From: Rhodospirillales bacterium
GTDB lineage: Bacteria; Pseudomonadota; Alphaproteobacteria; Micavibrionales; Micavibrionaceae
Reading direction: 5' to 3'
NCBI GenBank assembly: GCA_023898785.1
Contig: CP060239.1
Location: forward strand, 1,417,921 to 1,481,920
DNA: 64,000 nucleotides
This document shows, piece after piece, positions 61,516 to 64,000 of the stretch (the stretch's first letter is position 1; each line of letters starts with the position of its first letter). A program made the position numbers and the translations under genes. The notes under the pieces were generated by a model. The model worked only from the letters and a program-made list of their open reading frames with translations. It had not been told where the DNA came from and did no database searches.

Positions 61516-63420
61516 TCACATCCAGCGTTTATGCCAGGCCTGAAACATTAAAATACACCAAAGCGCTTCGCCATGCGCACCCTGCGCGCCCAGATGCGAC
61601 TGCCAGAGTTTCCGCGTTTTTTGTACATCAAGCAGCCCTTCTTCGCGCAGATGTTTTTCATCGAGCAGGCTTTCGGCCCAATCGCGTAAATCACCGCGCA
61701 GCCAATCACCGACCGGCATGTTAAAACCCTGCTTGGGGCGCTGAAAAAGTTTTTCAGGAACGTGCCGTTTTAGAACCTGGCGCAACAGCCATTTGCCCTG
61801 CCCGCCTCGAATTTTGATATTTTCCGGCAAGGACCAGACATAATCGAAGATCCGTGTATCGAGCAACGGCGCGCGCGCTTCCAGACCATAGGCCATGGAT
61901 GCCCGGTCAACTTTGGTAAGGATGTCGTGTGGCAAATAGCCGGTCGTGTCCCAGAACATCATTTTTTCGGCAAAGGAGAGTTCGACGCCAGGCAGGCTGA
62001 GTTCTTTTTGGTAGTACCCTTGCGCGCCTTTACCAATCAGGCGGCGATAGATGTCTTCTTGTGAGCTCAGCGAGAGAATGTCTGCGACTTTGTGGAGTTT
62101 AACGCCTAATTGCGGGTGTTTGCGGTTTAGCTGGTCCAGTGAATTGACCGGCATGCGAGTGATTATATTGGATAAGCCGATGCGCAAAATACGGGGCATT
62201 TTGTGCATGTTTTTCCAGATTTGGGGCCCCTGAACATGGCGGCTATAACCACCCAGCATTTCATCGCCGCCGTCACCGGAAAGCGCTACGCTCACGCTTT
62301 CGCGGGCAAAGCGGCTGACCAGCAAGGTGGGAATAGCTGAAATATCGGCGAAGGGTTCGTCGTAAATTTCCGGCAAGCGCGGGATGAGATCCAGCGCATC
62401 CTTTTGTGTGCAGAAATGTTCGTGGTGATCGGTGCCCAGATGCGCGGCGATTTTTGCGGCAAAAGGTGCTTCGTTATAGCCTGCATCTTCGAAACCGATG
62501 GCATAGGTCTTCACGGGCTGGCTCGCATGTTTTTGCATCAGCGCAACAATTGATGAGCTGTCGATGCCGCCCGAGAGAAACGCGCCGAGTGGAACATCAG
62601 AGATCATACGATCGCTGACGCACTGGCTGAGCAGCGATTCGAATTCGTCGATGAGCGCATTTTCGTTTAAGGGATTAGGCCGGGTTTTGGCTTGCTCCAA
62701 CGCGCTAGAGGCCTGCCAATAGGGTTTCATCTGCGCGGGCAGATTTTCTCCGGGCCTGAGCGCTGTTAAATCAAGCGTAAGACGGTGGCCGGGTGGAAGC
62801 TGCCAGATTTGCTCATAAATTGACAACGGCGCTTCGACATAACCGAGCGTCAGAAATGCTTGCAGCGCTTCGGGATTCAGGGCCGGGATGAAATCCGGAT
62901 GCGTGCGCAGGGCTTCGAGTTGCGAGCCGAAGATGAGATTGGCCCCGGCCCAGCCGATATAGAGTGGTTTTTTCCCCAGCCGGTCGCGGGCAAAGCTGAG
63001 CGTGCGGTCTTTGCGATCCCACAAGGCGAAGGCAAACATGCCGCTCAGTTTTTGCAGCGCGAGGCTGAGACCCCATGCTTCAATGGCGGCGAGAATGACT
63101 TCAGTATCGCTGCGGCCCTTAAAAGTATGGCCATGCTTTTCGAGATCCTTTTTCAGGGTACGGAAATTATAAATTTCGCCGTTGAATACTGTGACGTAGC
63201 GCTCACTCGCGGAGATCATCGGCTGCGCGCCGTCTTCGCTCAGATCTATGATTGACAGGCGGCGGTGACCTAACACCAGCGGCAAGTCCGGGTCTTGCCA
63301 GAGCCCGCCTGCGTCGGGGCCGCGATGGCTCAACGCATCGGCCATATTTTTGCCGATGACGTGCAACTCGGTGCGAGGCCGGTCTGCTTTAAATGTATAA
63401 AAACCTGTTATACCACACAT
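61516..63420 (-). CDS. asnB: asparagine synthase (glutamine-hydrolysing) family amidotransferase
   Basis: MCGITGFY... (N-terminal nucleophile Cys2) and ...SGGIDSS... (PP-loop). It sits in a sugar-modification context. Confidence 0.88.
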   Translation of the reverse strand: MCGITGFYTFKADRPRTELHVIGKNMADALSHRGPDAGGLWQDPDLPLVLGHRRLSIIDLSEDGAQPMISASERYVTVFNGEIYNFRTLKKDLEKHGHTFKGRSDTEVILAAIEAWGLSLALQKLSGMFAFALWDRKDRTLSFARDRLGKKPLYIGWAGANLIFGSQLEALRTHPDFIPALNPEALQAFLTLGYVEAPLSIYEQIWQLPPGHRLTLDLTALRPGENLPAQMKPYWQASSALEQAKTRPNPLNENALIDEFESLLSQCVSDRMISDVPLGAFLSGGIDSSSIVALMQKHASQPVKTYAIGFEDAGYNEAPFAAKIAAHLGTDHHEHFCTQKDALDLIPRLPEIYDEPFADISAIPTLLVSRFARESVSVALSGDGGDEMLGGYSRHVQGPQIWKNMHKMPRILRIGLSNIITRMPVNSLDQLNRKHPQLGVKLHKVADILSLSSQEDIYRRLIGKGAQGYYQKELSLPGVELSFAEKMMFWDTTGYLPHDILTKVDRASMAYGLEARAPLLDTRIFDYVWSLPENIKIRGGQGKWLLRQVLKRHVPEKLFQRPKQGFNMPVGDWLRGDLRDWAESLLDEKHLREEGLLDVQKTRKLWQSHLGAQGAHGEALWCILMFQAWHKRWM

Positions 63421-63494
63421 AAATTCACTGTTTCTCGTCAGGCTGAATATCTGATAAAATGAATTATACTATACGCAGAGGGTTAAACAATCTC

Positions 63495-64000
63495 ATGAAT
63501 ATTGATCTTCTTTTTACGGCCGCGGGAGAAGCGGGTCTGATTTCCAGTGAAAACCTGGTGAAGAAGGTTGCTGGCGTTGTGTTCGACATTGCTACAGGGA
63601 CTTTGACGTTTGAATATGTCGATATGGATTTTCTGGAATTGAATATCCCGGTGGAAAAGGAATTTAACGCAGCGTTGGATGTGTGCCCGCAAATTCATAT
63701 CGGCGCAATTAAAGACGGTAATATTGCCCAGGCTTATCAGGTGCCGTTTATGTTTCTGGATGATCCGTATCGTGGTGAGGCCTTTCAAGGCCTCGCCCCG
63801 CCGTCTCAGCCGCTGGAAGCTTTTGACTATTTCGTGAAATCCACCGTGTTTGGGCAGCCCGTTCACCGCGAGGATTTGGGCGATGAAAGCGCGATGGGCT
63901 GCGTTCTAGGCGATGCGGTGCCCAGCGCTTTGCAATTTGCGCCGCATCTGGCACGGCGGCATCAGATGGAAATCGCGCCAAAATCTGCGCCGAATGCACC
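63495..64000 (+). CDS. hypothetical protein, 5' part only (runs off the window end; not in the supplied ORF track)
   Basis: From the ATG at 63495 the frame stays open to the window edge (MNIDLLFTAAGEAGLISSENLVKKVAGVVFD...), with protein-like composition. The two minus-strand track ORFs here are Arg/His-rich and look like shadows. Confidence 0.45.
   Translation, partial: MNIDLLFTAAGEAGLISSENLVKKVAGVVFDIATGTLTFEYVDMDFLELNIPVEKEFNAALDVCPQIHIGAIKDGNIAQAYQVPFMFLDDPYRGEAFQGLAPPSQPLEAFDYFVKSTVFGQPVHREDLGDESAMGCVLGDAVPSALQFAPHLARRHQMEIAPKSAPNA

Noticed and set aside
63483-63999. Two minus-strand ORFs (127 aa and 83 aa)
   Set aside because: They are Arg/His/Pro-rich and overlap each other. The opposite strand carries a longer open frame with protein-like composition starting at 63495.

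Overview
This window looks like a core chromosomal segment with alphaproteobacterial-type gene order. No rRNA, tRNA, CRISPR array, transposase or integrase was seen. From about 6.8 to 41.2 kb the minus strand carries the whole translation/transcription super-cluster: secE-nusG-rplKAJL-rpoBC, rpsL-rpsG-fusA-tuf, the S10 and spc operons, secY-adk, and rpsM-rpsK-rpoA-rplQ. To the left are an S49 peptidase fragment, an alpha2-type GlyRS, panBC and a DegP-type protease. To the right are a glycine-cleavage operon (gcvT, an M50 protease, gcvH, gcvPA, gcvPB), an RluA-type pseudouridine synthase, a NadD-like gene, a YeiH-type membrane protein, pdxS/pdxT, thrC, an M16 peptidase, a GNAT, yqgE, and a polysaccharide set (GT4, epimerase, AsnB-like). 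The most unusual signal is that the normally invariant ribosomal/RNAP operons are repeatedly interrupted. Four AT-richer orphan mini-genes (62-98 aa), each same-strand with its own Shine-Dalgarno, sit exactly at the rplV|rpsC, rplW|rplB, rpsL|rpsG and rpoB|rpoC junctions. A secreted HExxH protein plus a strong terminator sits between rplO and secY. Two long non-coding spacers (rpsC|rplP, rpoA|rplQ) are unexplained. Several r-proteins (L17, L30, S17, L29, L3) carry Lys/Ala/Pro-rich tails and S7 has an internal insertion. Other leads are a palindromic repeat present intergenically (gcvH|gcvPA) and, apparently in frame, inside the RluA-like CDS. There is also a three-gene orphan operon of two tandem paralogues with near-identical 5' halves followed by a 304-aa protein. 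pdxS and pdxT are split by a methyltransferase, an orphan ORF and a terminator. A very AT-rich island drives a small poly-Glu-tailed protein. All functional calls rest on reading the translated ORFs and motifs by eye; no database search was run.
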